A stretch of 64,000 bases of DNA from an uncultured virus (IMG/VR IMGVR_UViG_3300042331_000187) (Duplodnaviria; Heunggongvirae; Uroviricota; Caudoviricetes). The translations under genes were made by a program, and so were the position numbers. The stretch is taken from the IMG/VR virus record IMGVR_UViG_3300042331_000187. One strand, 5' to 3'. The notes below the pieces were generated by a model. It had not been told where the DNA came from. It did no database searches and worked only from the letters and a program-made list of their open reading frames with translations. Within the stretch, counting starts at the first letter, position 1; each line of letters begins with the position of its first letter. This document shows positions 18,540 to 29,284 of this stretch, in pieces.

Positions 18540-20849
18540 TTAAGCAGCGGTCATGAGTTTTACAAGGTTGCCGGCGTTGTCTCGGATCGTGATGTATCCG
18601 TTATTGGTTACCGGAGTCGCCGTAACAATACCAAATCTAAGATGCCCAGTCCCTTTTGGCGCAAGCCATAGGTCAATGTTGGCGCTGGTTCCCCTGGCAA
18701 GAATGAGAGGTGTCACGCCGCCGTTAGCGTTCGGCGCGATCTGAACTCCGGTTGTTGCGGTAGAAGGGTTTTCGACCTGGAAGGCTGTGTTGTTGTTGAC
18801 GAGCGAGCTGACAAGCAGTCCCGAGTCGGTGAATGACAGCCTGGTCCTCATGGCGCCTGTGGATGTCTGGCCGATTTCCGCCAGAGCACTGCTGTCTGAC
18901 GCCTTGTGCCACCTCATGTAGGCGCCATCGCCAAAGCCGATAACTCCAGTTCCCTTGGCAGCAAGAAACAGGTCGATGTTTGTGGCGTTCCCTCTAGCTT
19001 GAATCAGTGGTGAGGGGCCGCCATTGGCGTTGGGGACGATCTGAACCCCTGTCGTAGCGTCAGAGGGTATTTCGACCTGCAGGCAAACGTTGCCATTAAC
19101 TGCCGAGCTAGCCAGAAAACCGAAGCCATTTGACAGGTTGAGCTGAGGCCGCATACTGCCCACGCCGGAATGAATGATGTCCGCCAGCAGCTGGCCGTCG
19201 CCTGGGTTGATCCATTTCAGCCTGGTGCCGCCGTTGAAGCCGATGCCCCCGGTGCCCTTGCCAGAGAGCATCAGATCAATGTTGGCCGCAGCACCTCGCG
19301 CCAAGATCAGCGGAGCGGATCCGGCATTGGCGTTGGGGGCGATCTGAATGCCGGTTGTGGCAGTGGCGGGGTTCTCAACTTGAAGCGCTATGTTGTTGTT
19401 GGTAATCGACGAAATTAGAAACCCGATGTCGGTAAATGTGACCCGCGTAGGCTGAACGCCATTTGATGTAGAGCCAATCTCACCAATAACCGCATCATCG
19501 CTATTGCGAAACCATTTCATAAAATGGCGATTCGCAAAGCCAATCGCGCAACCGTTCCCGCCGGTGCCCTCAAAGCCGTCAACACCTCGGATTGCAGTGC
19601 TGTGGAACAGGATCCCCTTATCCCAACAGGCGGCCTTGACGGGGCGAGAATCGTTCCTGACAATAGCGATGGCTACCGACGCGATACCGGCTTCGGGCTG
19701 AACCGTTGGCTGCTGGGTGTACTCGCCGCCTGCCCCAATCCACAGGCCATTTGTCATCCCCGCCTTCGCAATGCGGTGGGGTGTCACTTCAACTACGGCG
19801 CTTCTGTTGAAGATGTCCACCTCCATGCAGTGCGAAATCCCCAGCGGGGTATCGTGCAGCACTGTGGAATAGAAGGGCCAGGCGGTGGTGTCAGCTGTTG
19901 GATTGTTGTTGTGGATGAAGCTGGAAAACGACAATGCCCCGCTGCCGGTGCCAAAACCGTATGTGATCTCTGACGTTTGTTGTGCGCAGGAAATGCCAAC
20001 CGATGTAATCGACGGCCGGATGTTCAGGACCGGGTTAAAATCGAGATAGGTGTAGATCCCGCCCGCAATTGTTGAGACCCACGAGTTTGCGTCGCCCAGG
20101 TGAATCCTTTTGGCCGACGTGGGCCATGTGCCCGTGAAGCTCGCTCCATTGTCGAAAATAAAAACACTATCCTGCGCCAGCGAAGGAGTTGATGCAAACT
20201 GGTATGTTCCGGCGGGAACGAAAACTGCAGGATTGCCGCTTACATTGGATGCTGCGGCAAACGCTGGCGCGTCGTTAGCTGTAGTGCCAGCGCCAAAGTC
20301 CTTGACAGATACAAGGTCACGCAGCTTGGCCTGCACAGTCTGCGCAACTGCACTGCCGCCGGCTTGGGAAAAGCCAAGTTTACTCGAATCAATCGCTGCA
20401 CTGCTGCTGATGTCAGCATTAACAATCGTACCGTCCACGATGTTTGCAGACGCCACAGTGACACCAGATGGCAATGCACCGGTGGCGAGCTTGGACAGGC
20501 CAATCGCTGCACTGCTGCTGATGTCAGCATTAACAATCGTACCGTCCACGATGTTTGCAGACGCCACGGTGACACCAGATGGCAATGCACCGGTGGCGAG
20601 CTTGGACAGGCCAATCGCTGCACTGCTGCTGATGTCAGCATTAACAATCGTACCGTCTACGATGTTTGCGCTTGCAACGGTGACGCCCGCCGGTAGTGCG
20701 CCTGGCGCCAGTTTGCTTAGCGGGATATTCTCAAGCGTTGTGCCGCTGGGGCCCTGGATGCCGGGCACGACAACCGCCAGTGCTACGGATTGCTGGCCAT
20801 CATCGACTAGGGAGATCTTGATCTGAGAAGCGTCATTTAGCGTAGTCAT
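18540..20849 (-). CDS. Tail fiber/tailspike protein
   Basis: 37-aa tandem repeats; KLRDLVSVKDFGA..VPAGTY beta-helix entry motif; three C-terminal repeats. Confidence 0.85.
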   Translation of the reverse strand: MTTLNDASQIKISLVDDGQQSVALAVVVPGIQGPSGTTLENIPLSKLAPGALPAGVTVASANIVDGTIVNADISSSAAIGLSKLATGALPSGVTVASANIVDGTIVNADISSSAAIGLSKLATGALPSGVTVASANIVDGTIVNADISSSAAIDSSKLGFSQAGGSAVAQTVQAKLRDLVSVKDFGAGTTANDAPAFAAASNVSGNPAVFVPAGTYQFASTPSLAQDSVFIFDNGASFTGTWPTSAKRIHLGDANSWVSTIAGGIYTYLDFNPVLNIRPSITSVGISCAQQTSEITYGFGTGSGALSFSSFIHNNNPTADTTAWPFYSTVLHDTPLGISHCMEVDIFNRSAVVEVTPHRIAKAGMTNGLWIGAGGEYTQQPTVQPEAGIASVAIAIVRNDSRPVKAACWDKGILFHSTAIRGVDGFEGTGGNGCAIGFANRHFMKWFRNSDDAVIGEIGSTSNGVQPTRVTFTDIGFLISSITNNNIALQVENPATATTGIQIAPNANAGSAPLILARGAAANIDLMLSGKGTGGIGFNGGTRLKWINPGDGQLLADIIHSGVGSMRPQLNLSNGFGFLASSAVNGNVCLQVEIPSDATTGVQIVPNANGGPSPLIQARGNATNIDLFLAAKGTGVIGFGDGAYMRWHKASDSSALAEIGQTSTGAMRTRLSFTDSGLLVSSLVNNNTAFQVENPSTATTGVQIAPNANGGVTPLILARGTSANIDLWLAPKGTGHLRFGIVTATPVTNNGYITIRDNAGNLVKLMTAA
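20391..20720. repeat. 111-bp tandem repeat x3 (37 aa) within tail fiber
   Basis: AATCGCTGCACTGCTGCTGATGTCAGC at 20391, 20502 and 20613. Confidence 0.95.
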
Positions 20850-21481
20850 CAGCTGTTCCTCGAATAGGTTTTCGCCACTGTTGCCACACCTTGCAGCCAG
20901 TAGTAACGCTCCCCGGCGCCGCTGGTCAGCGAGGCATCCCACCCGTAGCGGCCCACCTCCAACCCGGCGGCGGTTGAAGGTGTCATGGCGATGCTCACCA
21001 GTCCGTCAGCAGCGGTTTCCAGCGCACAAGTGAAGGTGGCCTTTTGTAAATCATCGATCAGCCCCTTCACATCCGCGTCAGCGGCATAGCCGGTCAGATC
21101 GATCGGCTGGGCAATCACCATTGTGCCAAGCGCGGTGCTCGCCACCGTGATAGGGCTGCCGCCATTGGTGGCGGAAACGGTAAATGCGCTACTGGTCAAC
21201 CCGGTGGCCGAGACGAAATACACCTTGTTAAGCTCCAGCCCGCAGGGCACGTCCGGGGGCTCAGGCGTGGTCGTTGCCGGCAGTGTGGCCTCTGCGTTGC
21301 CCGGTGGCACGATTACCACCTTGTTGCCAGCGATCAGGCCGTGGCACGGCACGGTGAAGAACGGATTGCCGGTGGTCACGGTGAACGCCGTGATTGCCTG
21401 CTGTTTCTGCAGCGCTCGGAACACAGCCCGAAACGTCGAGTTCTGCAGGATCGTGATGTCCAGCTTGGCGGGGTAGATCAC
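20849..21481 (-). CDS. Virion structural protein
   Basis: PIDLTGY...GRYGWD...YWLQG motif typical of tail-associated proteins. Confidence 0.7.
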   Translation of the reverse strand: MIYPAKLDITILQNSTFRAVFRALQKQQAITAFTVTTGNPFFTVPCHGLIAGNKVVIVPPGNAEATLPATTTPEPPDVPCGLELNKVYFVSATGLTSSAFTVSATNGGSPITVASTALGTMVIAQPIDLTGYAADADVKGLIDDLQKATFTCALETAADGLVSIAMTPSTAAGLEVGRYGWDASLTSGAGERYYWLQGVATVAKTYSRNS

Positions 21482-21654
21482 TGGCCCTCAACCTCTGCAG
21501 CCACCACCTCAGGCGCAGCCGGCTCAGGCCTGATAACCTCAACCGCTGATAGGAACGCATCCAGCTGGCCAGCAGCAAGCTGCTTCAGGATGGCGTTGCC
21601 GCTGGCGTGGGCCACGCCGTAGGCGGTGATTAGCTGGGTTAGCTGGTCTTTCAT
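21478..21654 (-). CDS. Hypothetical protein
   Basis: MKDQLTQLITAYG. Confidence 0.55.
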   Translation of the reverse strand: MKDQLTQLITAYGVAHASGNAILKQLAAGQLDAFLSAVEVIRPEPAAPEVVAAEVEGQ

Positions 21655-21674
21655 CGGGGCTCCTGTCCTATCCA

Positions 21675-24122
21675 TCAGGATAGAGACTGCAGCGCTGCTT
21701 CCAGCGCGGCAATCCTGGCCTCATGGTCGTTCGCCACATTGATCAGGTGCACGCCAAAGCGGTCGTAGCTCACGCCTTCCGCCTCCCCGCCGAGGCCCCA
21801 CATCACCATCTCCGGCGCATATTCTGCCACCTCTTCAGCGATCAGGCCCCACACCCTGATGGTCGGATCGTCGCTGGTATTCTTTGGGTTGGGCAGGTAG
21901 CTCACCGGCCTAGTAGCCGACAGGATCCGGCGGCTTTCGGCCAGTGGTGCTGTCTGAATGTGAATCTTATATTTTTGCGATGATGTGACCCGTTGCACCT
22001 GATCATTCGTGGTGTTCAGGAACACGTTGGCGCTCACGCCTGTGGTGGTATTGGTGCGGATGCCGGAACTGAACACCGTGCCGTTAGCGGTGAAGGTGCC
22101 ATCGCTCACCAGTGCGTTGGAGAACGTCTTGGCCCCGCCGATGGTTTGCGCGCCGATGGTGTAAACGCCGTTGGTGACGGTCGCGGCATTGCCGCTGATA
22201 TTGTTGGACCACGCCAGCCCCGTAGCCGTACTATTGTCTGCCACCAGCACCTGCCCGCTGGCACCGACCGTCAGCCTGGCGAGAGTCGTGGCGCCGCTGG
22301 CAACCAGTAGATCACCCTTGGTGTAGCTGGCTAGGTTGGTGCCGCCCCTAGCCACCGCCAGGGTGCCGCTGGACAGGTTGCTGGCGTTACGGCATTCGTT
22401 GCTCACCTCCTCGATCGCCAGCTGCACGTTGGTGGCAGCGACCTGCCCCGCAGGGACAAAATCCACACCGCTGGCGGTCAGTGTGGTATAGCCCGCCGAT
22501 GTATCCACCTCGACCCATGCCGTGCCGGTGGAAAGCAGCAGGTCCGGGGGCGCCAGCGCAACAGTAGGCGCCGGGCTGGTGCCGGTGCCGCTTTTGCTCA
22601 CCACCAGGTAGTAGCCCGAGTTGGCTGCTGCAGCGGTAGGCAATGCGTTGCCGACCACTAGGCCCAGCGTTGCGCCCTCGGCGGTGGTGCTGGCCACCTT
22701 ATTGTTGGAGGCGTCATAGGTGCCGGCAAACTTGACCGCGCCGGTGCTGAGCCCGATCGGCTGCCAGACGTTGCCATCCCACATGAAGAAGGCTTTATCC
22801 AATGGGTTGAAATACAGCTGGCTGATGTAATCAGCAACTGGAATCGCCTCGCTTAGTTTCCCTACGCTGTAATCCGCCAGCTTGACGCCGGTTACGGCAT
22901 CATTCGCCAGACGATCGGTCGGGAACTCGCCGGCTGTGATCTTGCTGGCGTTCAGGTCGGGAACACCAGATTCAGGGATGGTCGGTGCTTGGTGTTCCTG
23001 CCACTCGCTGCCGGTCCATGTCCACTCCACGCCCGTGGCAGCGTTGAACCACTGCTGACCCACAAACGCCCCATCGCCCGATGGCGATCCGTTGCTCACT
23101 ACCGCAGAGGATTGATCCGCCAGCTTGGCGGCGGTGATTGCGCCGTCCTTCACCGCGCCGGTGGGGATGCTCAGTGCGGCGTACTTCAGTTCGGTGATCG
23201 CCCCATCGGCAATCGTTGCGGCGAACGTCCCAGTGCCAGTGCCGGTTACGTCCCCAGTGAGGGTGATGGTCTGATCGCCGGTGTTAGTGCCCGAGCTGGT
23301 GCCTGCGAACGTCGATCCGTCCGTCCAGGTGCCGGATGCTGTCGCCAGCGTTCCCAGGCCTAGTGCGCTGCGCTGCGCTGCAGCATCCACGCCAGCGATC
23401 AGGGCGCGGCCAGCAGCAGTCAGCGGCACTTCCTGAACCGGCCCCGCACCGGCAGAGCTGCGGCCCAGCAGTCGATCGGTGGCAGAGACGTTCTGAATGC
23501 GGTCGTAAGTCACCGCGCCGGCGCCCAGCTTGGCCGTGATGACAGCACCCGTGCCGATCTTGTCGGCCAGCACCGCCCCATCGGCCAGCTTGCCGCTGGT
23601 CACGTTCAGATCCGCCAGCGCGGCGGTATTCACCGATCCGGCGGCATAGGCGGCCGAACCGAGCGGCGACACCTTCGCGGTAGTCACAGCACCGTCAGCC
23701 AGCTTGCCGGCGGTCACCTGCAGATCACCGATGCCGGCGGTGGGCATCACCACCTGCTGGAACGCTGCCCCATCCCACACCTGCAGATTGCCGGTGCCGC
23801 TGTGCAGCCACCCACGGCCGCGGTGGTTCCCCGTGCTGGGGGCTGTGACCGCAACGGCTGTTGCCGCATCGGCGGCCATCTTGGCGGCGGTGAGCACGCC
23901 ATCGCCAATCGCCGCAGCACCCAGCTTAGTAACGCTGGTCTGATCCAGCTTTTCCAGGTCAATCTCCCCGGCGTCCACCAGGTCGATGCCTGCGGCAACC
24001 AAATCCTTCAGCGTGATTTTCTTCGTCTCGCTGGCAGAGATGTCGGCGATGGGCACCACATCATTAGCCGCCGCACCCGCCTTTGACAGGGCCGTGAGCT
24101 GGGTTATCCGCTGATCAGCCAA
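21675..24122 (-). CDS. Tail fiber with C-terminal intramolecular chaperone (peptidase S74-like)
   Basis: VTxxKLADGAV repeats; SSQKYKIHI..RPVSY..GLIAEEV..RIAALE. Confidence 0.85.
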   Translation of the reverse strand: MADQRITQLTALSKAGAAANDVVPIADISASETKKITLKDLVAAGIDLVDAGEIDLEKLDQTSVTKLGAAAIGDGVLTAAKMAADAATAVAVTAPSTGNHRGRGWLHSGTGNLQVWDGAAFQQVVMPTAGIGDLQVTAGKLADGAVTTAKVSPLGSAAYAAGSVNTAALADLNVTSGKLADGAVLADKIGTGAVITAKLGAGAVTYDRIQNVSATDRLLGRSSAGAGPVQEVPLTAAGRALIAGVDAAAQRSALGLGTLATASGTWTDGSTFAGTSSGTNTGDQTITLTGDVTGTGTGTFAATIADGAITELKYAALSIPTGAVKDGAITAAKLADQSSAVVSNGSPSGDGAFVGQQWFNAATGVEWTWTGSEWQEHQAPTIPESGVPDLNASKITAGEFPTDRLANDAVTGVKLADYSVGKLSEAIPVADYISQLYFNPLDKAFFMWDGNVWQPIGLSTGAVKFAGTYDASNNKVASTTAEGATLGLVVGNALPTAAAANSGYYLVVSKSGTGTSPAPTVALAPPDLLLSTGTAWVEVDTSAGYTTLTASGVDFVPAGQVAATNVQLAIEEVSNECRNASNLSSGTLAVARGGTNLASYTKGDLLVASGATTLARLTVGASGQVLVADNSTATGLAWSNNISGNAATVTNGVYTIGAQTIGGAKTFSNALVSDGTFTANGTVFSSGIRTNTTTGVSANVFLNTTNDQVQRVTSSQKYKIHIQTAPLAESRRILSATRPVSYLPNPKNTSDDPTIRVWGLIAEEVAEYAPEMVMWGLGGEAEGVSYDRFGVHLINVANDHEARIAALEAALQSLS

Positions 24123-24169
24123 GGGTGCGCCTCACCGCGACCGTCCACAGGCTCAGGCTACGGACGGGC

Positions 24170-25054
24170 TCAGTCGTCCACCTCCTGCAGCAGGTAGTCC
24201 AGCGACTGCTCCAGCTCGATGCGGTCGTCATCCTCTTTCAGGATATAGTTAGCCGGCTTGCCATACACCAGCTGGATTTCATCGGTGGTGACAAAATCAA
24301 TGGCGCAGCGCACGATGTCGCCAGCTCGCACCTGCACACCGGAGCGATTTACCACTGCGGTCAGGTTGTAGAAGACCGTATCAACCGTAGGATCAATGTC
24401 CTTGTCGGTCAGATACAGGGCTAGATCAAACTCGCTGCCAATCTCCACCCGCTGGATCAGCTGCAGTAGCAGCAGAGACGGCTCGGTAAGCCCGATCGTG
24501 CGGTAGTTGAACTCGCACTCGATCCGCCCAGCGCCGCTGATCAGGCCGGCGGATAGCTGCTGGCGAAACCGATCATTGAGGCTTGTGGCGTCAATTGTCT
24601 GCCGGTCGGTGTTGAACTCGTAGCCCTCCACCGATCCCAATAGGTTGAACTGCACATCACGCACGCGCACGCTGATCTGCAGCGGGTCGCCGGTGAATGC
24701 TGCCAGCGGGATCTCATTGGCGCGGACGTTGTTGACCGCATCGGTGAAGGTCGGGAAGAATCGCAGGCCACCCACGGCGTTGACATGCACGTAGGCCGTG
24801 AAGCTCTCCTGGGGCGGGTCGGTGCTCTCCAGGCCCCACACGGACGGCGGGAAGAATACCAGCCCACGGGCGTCCGTGGTGCTGATGTCCACCCGATCGC
24901 CGATCAGGATGTTGTTGATCGCCCCATCAAACGACAACCGGTTTAGCGACGTGTTCACATCGTCGGGGATGATCTGATCTGACACCCGGCCGATGAATGC
25001 TTTGGTGCCACGCCTCAGCTTGACGTTGCCCTTTGTGCCGAGGTAGTGCGTCAT
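24170..25054 (-). CDS. Virion structural protein
   Basis: Position in tail operon; tube-like ISGAGRIECEF motif. Confidence 0.7.
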   Translation of the reverse strand: MTHYLGTKGNVKLRRGTKAFIGRVSDQIIPDDVNTSLNRLSFDGAINNILIGDRVDISTTDARGLVFFPPSVWGLESTDPPQESFTAYVHVNAVGGLRFFPTFTDAVNNVRANEIPLAAFTGDPLQISVRVRDVQFNLLGSVEGYEFNTDRQTIDATSLNDRFRQQLSAGLISGAGRIECEFNYRTIGLTEPSLLLLQLIQRVEIGSEFDLALYLTDKDIDPTVDTVFYNLTAVVNRSGVQVRAGDIVRCAIDFVTTDEIQLVYGKPANYILKEDDDRIELEQSLDYLLQEVDD

Positions 25055-25494
25055 CAGTTGGCCTGGTTGATGGCCTCGTCAAAGTCTCCGTCCATCGTGA
25101 ACTGAATCGGCACCACCACCAGCTCACCCACCGCCGAGCCGATCACAGCGCTGGTGATGTAGGCGTACATCTTGATGTCGTCAACGCCGCCGGTGTCTAC
25201 GTCCAGCTCCAGAAAGACCCGATCCTGTTCGGTGATAGCGCCCCGCTTGTGGATCTTGGCCAGTAGCGCGGTGAACTGCGTTTTCTGCGCCGACTCGCCC
25301 GGCTCCAGCCGGTAGTACATCAGGGTGGCGCTGCCCGTTGCGCCCTTTAGCGATGGGATGAACGACCGCGCATCAGCGCCTAGGTCAGTGGTGGGCAGCA
25401 GGTCAACGCTGCTCTCCACAGACCAGCTCTGCACCTTCGCAACGGGCTTGCCGTTGAAGATCAGCCCCCCGGTTCGGCCTGTGTAGTAACCCAT
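25054..25494 (-). CDS. Tail tube-like structural protein
   Basis: AKVQSWSVE...TDLG..ARSF..GATGSATL. Confidence 0.7.
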   Translation of the reverse strand: MGYYTGRTGGLIFNGKPVAKVQSWSVESSVDLLPTTDLGADARSFIPSLKGATGSATLMYYRLEPGESAQKTQFTALLAKIHKRGAITEQDRVFLELDVDTGGVDDIKMYAYITSAVIGSAVGELVVVPIQFTMDGDFDEAINQAN

Positions 25495-25524
25495 CAGCTG
25501 GCGCCCTCCTGCATCTCAGGCTAC

Positions 25525-28455
25525 TCACCGCACACTGAACAGCGCATCGCTGAAGTCCGCCACCCGACTCAGCAGGTTGCCGTCCACCGTCTCGCAAGGG
25601 TGCTCCAGCGCCTTAACCGTCACCTCCCCTTCCTCGCTCATCGTCACCTCCGTCACCCGGAACACCCGCTTGCGATCAGTGACGGCGCCCAGCACGAACA
25701 TGGAGCCCGCGTCATCGCTCAGGGCGTTGGCTTTGCCGTCCGCCACCGTCACGCTGGCCAGCGAGCGGACGTTGCCGCCGCTGCGATACACCAGCGCGGC
25801 ATAGGTGCCATCGCGCAGCCGATCGCTCAGCGGGGCATTGAGCACGCCGCCAGGCATCACCACGCCGGCTGTCATCCGGTCCCAGGTGTTCAGGCCCACG
25901 TCCACGTAGATGTAGGCGCCAGGGCTCACCGGTGTGTCGGTGGGGAAGGTCTGGAACTCAATGCCTCGCCGCACCCATCGCCGCTGATTGCACAGCAGCT
26001 TGCCGTAGAGGATTGCCTGCTTGCGCTGGGTAACGAACTGCGATAGGTCGAACGTCTGGCGGATCGCTGCATCCTCAACGGCATCCACCAACCGCACATC
26101 GACGCTGGCGTTGCGCGGGAACACGTCATCTTCCTCTGTTTCCCGGTAGATCACCGTGGCGATCAGATCCTGAACGCTGGCGCCGTAGTCAAGGAACTCT
26201 TCGCGGTAGGTGCCCTCCAGGATGTTGCCAGTGGTGAACAGCGCCGAGATGTTCACCCGGCGATTGGCGCGGCCGCTGCTGTTCACCGGCACTGCCGGCA
26301 CTAGCGTCTCCTTTCCGCCGATCTTGCCGAACTCCAGCAGCGAGTAGGGCGCCACCTCGGCCCAGAACTGCCGCCAGGATCCGACCTCAGCGATCAGCGG
26401 ATCCATGAACAGTTGGCACCCGAGGCCGCTGTACTGACAGAACCGCTTGCTTAAGGCCAGGCTTTGCCAGTCCACGCCGGATGGCTTGGCATACCGGCCG
26501 ATGCCGTTTTCCTTGTCCAGCACCGTGTCAGCGAAGATGTCCGGCGCCCAGCTGGTGCTGCCAGCGCTCTTGCTGTAGGTGCCGTCATCACTCACCACCC
26601 AGGAATCCTTACCCTCGGTGACGAACGCCGAGATGCTGCGCAGATCCTGCACGCCGCGGCCGGAAAATACCCCGAATGCCATGGTGCTCATCCGGGCATA
26701 CTTGCCCTCAGTTGATCTCAGCTGTTGCTCTGTAACGGCCGTGATCTGGAACTCTGGGCCCGCCTCGAAACTGAACTGAATGTCGGTGTCGCTGCGGACG
26801 CTGAACAGATCCCACTCATTGGTGAGCACCGGCCCGCGATCCTTCAGCACTGAGCTGATGTCCTTTAGGTCGCCCACCCATCGAAACCGATTGCCGTTGT
26901 GCCTAAAGCTTTCGCCTTTGCCGCTGTTCTCAATCAGGGCGATTTGTTTCTGCCCGTTTTGCGCCCGCTCGGCCGCTAGGTCGCTGATCGGCTGAAACTC
27001 AAACTCCCACTTCTGGTTGCCGCTGCCGGCGCGAAAGTCAAGGCTGATGAAATTATCGAGATCAGCGGACCTGCGGCAGGCGATAATCAGCGGCAGCAGA
27101 TCCTGTGTGGCCCTGCTGAGCGGCCGATACAGCAGCCGGAAGAATGCCAGCCGGGACTTAATGCCGTTGTCACTTGCCTTGTATCCCTCGGGCTCGCTGT
27201 CGCCGTATTTCTTTTGCCTGCCTTGGATGCGGCGGAACAGCTTGACCCGCATTGAGAACGACACCATCTCGCAGGCTGTCACCGTCTGATACGCGGCGCT
27301 GTCGGCCTTCACCAGCGCCTTGGTGTAAAAGCTGTCATCCTTTGCGCCGTTTTCCGGCGCCTTGCTGTCGCCGTAGGGCGTTGACGGGGTGCGGCCGGCA
27401 GCGATGCAGCGGAACGTGGCCCGCACCTCGTTGTCGTCAAGGTTGGTGTTGTCGGTGATGCTGAGCAGGGCGAATCGGGCAGTGCCCAGCTGGTAGGTGC
27501 TGCCACGGTCCAGGCTGCTCACCAGCTGGTAGCGCTGCTCCTGGGCGGCCTCTTCGGCGATGTTGGTTTTTTTGTTCTGGGTCTTGGCGAATACCAGCGT
27601 GATCTGTGTGCCGACCGTGTAGCGACCACTGCCGCCAGCGCCCCATCCGTTGGTGGTCAGGGTGATGCCGTTGTTGGCGGTCACGATGTCGCCTTTGCTG
27701 TTGCGCTCCTGTAGCTGGACGTTGATCGGGATCGGATTGAACACCCCGCAGCTGGTCAAGCTGCTGGGGCTGAATGCCTGGCTGTAGCCGCTGCGGCGAG
27801 TTGCGCCATCGATGATCCGGCACACGTCATCACCCGGCGCGGCGCCCTCGCGGGAGGGGTCGCTGTCATCGCCGATCTGCCGTTGGTTGAACCTGGCGTT
27901 GCCGCTCTGGTTGAAATAGAGCCAGGTTTTTGATGCGGCGAACTCCCGCAGCGGCAGCTGGCCGAACGCCACCCGGTCCCAATCAATCTTGCGGATACTG
28001 GCAGCACCGGCCACCAGCAGCAGCTGCATAAATTGCGAACTGCCATAGCTGCGGACGCTGGACCACACCAGCGACGTGGCCACACGCACGCCGCCGCGTG
28101 GATTCTGCGCGGTGTTGGTGTAGACCAGATTCAGCGGCTCGCCGTACTGGGCCAGCTCCTGGGAGCTGTTGAACCCGAACCGTGGGGCGAAGCGCTGCTC
28201 ACGGGTCTGCCGCGGGCTGCGGCCGGCGCTCGGCACCGATGGCCGCAGCAGCAGGGCGCTGGCCACCTGAAACAGGATGCCCACCACCGTGAGCGCAAGG
28301 GCGACGGCGCCGGGGCCCGCTTGGATCTCCGCCTGTTGATCCTCAATGCTGCGGCTGTAGTCCTTCTGTTGCGCCGCGATGAAGTCTAGGTAGTCCTCCT
28401 GACTCACGCCCAGCTGCTCAATCAGCTGGTGCTCATAGGGCAGCAGTCGTCTCAT
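25525..28455 (-). CDS. Tail tip/host-specificity protein (gpJ-like position)
   Basis: Long ORF after NlpC-like gene; start at MRRLLPYEHQL. Confidence 0.75.
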   Translation of the reverse strand: MRRLLPYEHQLIEQLGVSQEDYLDFIAAQQKDYSRSIEDQQAEIQAGPGAVALALTVVGILFQVASALLLRPSVPSAGRSPRQTREQRFAPRFGFNSSQELAQYGEPLNLVYTNTAQNPRGGVRVATSLVWSSVRSYGSSQFMQLLLVAGAASIRKIDWDRVAFGQLPLREFAASKTWLYFNQSGNARFNQRQIGDDSDPSREGAAPGDDVCRIIDGATRRSGYSQAFSPSSLTSCGVFNPIPINVQLQERNSKGDIVTANNGITLTTNGWGAGGSGRYTVGTQITLVFAKTQNKKTNIAEEAAQEQRYQLVSSLDRGSTYQLGTARFALLSITDNTNLDDNEVRATFRCIAAGRTPSTPYGDSKAPENGAKDDSFYTKALVKADSAAYQTVTACEMVSFSMRVKLFRRIQGRQKKYGDSEPEGYKASDNGIKSRLAFFRLLYRPLSRATQDLLPLIIACRRSADLDNFISLDFRAGSGNQKWEFEFQPISDLAAERAQNGQKQIALIENSGKGESFRHNGNRFRWVGDLKDISSVLKDRGPVLTNEWDLFSVRSDTDIQFSFEAGPEFQITAVTEQQLRSTEGKYARMSTMAFGVFSGRGVQDLRSISAFVTEGKDSWVVSDDGTYSKSAGSTSWAPDIFADTVLDKENGIGRYAKPSGVDWQSLALSKRFCQYSGLGCQLFMDPLIAEVGSWRQFWAEVAPYSLLEFGKIGGKETLVPAVPVNSSGRANRRVNISALFTTGNILEGTYREEFLDYGASVQDLIATVIYRETEEDDVFPRNASVDVRLVDAVEDAAIRQTFDLSQFVTQRKQAILYGKLLCNQRRWVRRGIEFQTFPTDTPVSPGAYIYVDVGLNTWDRMTAGVVMPGGVLNAPLSDRLRDGTYAALVYRSGGNVRSLASVTVADGKANALSDDAGSMFVLGAVTDRKRVFRVTEVTMSEEGEVTVKALEHPCETVDGNLLSRVADFSDALFSVR

Positions 28456-28823
28456 CGCAGCCGGTAGCACTGGCCGGCGCCCTGCGGCAGCGGCGTCATC
28501 ACCACAGTCTGTCCAGGGGCAATGAACATCACCCCGCCATCCACCGCGACGCCCAGCGCCGCTGCAGCGCCGCCCAGCAAGATCGGGTCGCCCGGTAGGG
28601 CCGCGGCCACAGGATCGGCCAGAGAGGCCAGCAGCCGCCGCAGGTGAAGCAGCCCGAACGTCTCGGCCGTGTGCTCCCGGTAGACCCACTCAAACTGCGC
28701 CGCGTGATCCGGCAGGCCCAGCTGCCGCCGCACTGCGCAGACCAGCTGAAAGCAGTCCGTGCATCCGCTGCCATCACCAGGCCGGCAGCCCCACCGATAC
28801 GCCAAGCCGATCAGATCATTCAT
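28452..28823 (-). CDS. NlpC/P60-like tail assembly protein (gpK-like)
   Basis: LIGLAYRWG...DCFQLV. Confidence 0.75.
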   Translation of the reverse strand: MNDLIGLAYRWGCRPGDGSGCTDCFQLVCAVRRQLGLPDHAAQFEWVYREHTAETFGLLHLRRLLASLADPVAAALPGDPILLGGAAAALGVAVDGGVMFIAPGQTVVMTPLPQGAGQCYRLR

Positions 28824-29284
28824 CTGAGGTAGAGCTCCGCATTGAGCGGCAGGATGCCCACGTTCTGGCTGGTCAGTGTGCGGGCCGGGAAGTTGCTGCC
28901 GACTGAATCCATCGCTGATCTGAACCGCAGCTCCACCGTGTCATCGTTGAACCCGGAACCTGAGCCCACATAATAATCCTCGTACTGGTTGGCGATTGCG
29001 CCGGTAGCGTTAAGCCAGAGGGTGGTCAGGGTCAACTCGCTCAGCCGGTTGCCGTCGCCTTCCTCCACCAGCCGCAGCACCACCTCTAGGCTGGGGAACA
29101 GCACCTGCACGGTTTCATTGTCGCCGCCCAGGCTGGCCATTGCGCCGCTCACTTGGAACGGAGCGAAGTCATACTTGGCGCCTAGGTAGGTGTACTCCTG
29201 GGCGACAAAATAGTTCTGATAGCGGTGCCGGGTGCCGCTGCTGGTGCGCAGATTGAACAGCTGAGCGATGCGAATCGTGCTCAT
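28820..29284 (-). CDS. Minor tail protein (gpL-like position)
   Basis: YDFAPF and FPARTLT motifs; synteny. Confidence 0.65.
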   Translation of the reverse strand: MSTIRIAQLFNLRTSSGTRHRYQNYFVAQEYTYLGAKYDFAPFQVSGAMASLGGDNETVQVLFPSLEVVLRLVEEGDGNRLSELTLTTLWLNATGAIANQYEDYYVGSGSGFNDDTVELRFRSAMDSVGSNFPARTLTSQNVGILPLNAELYLR

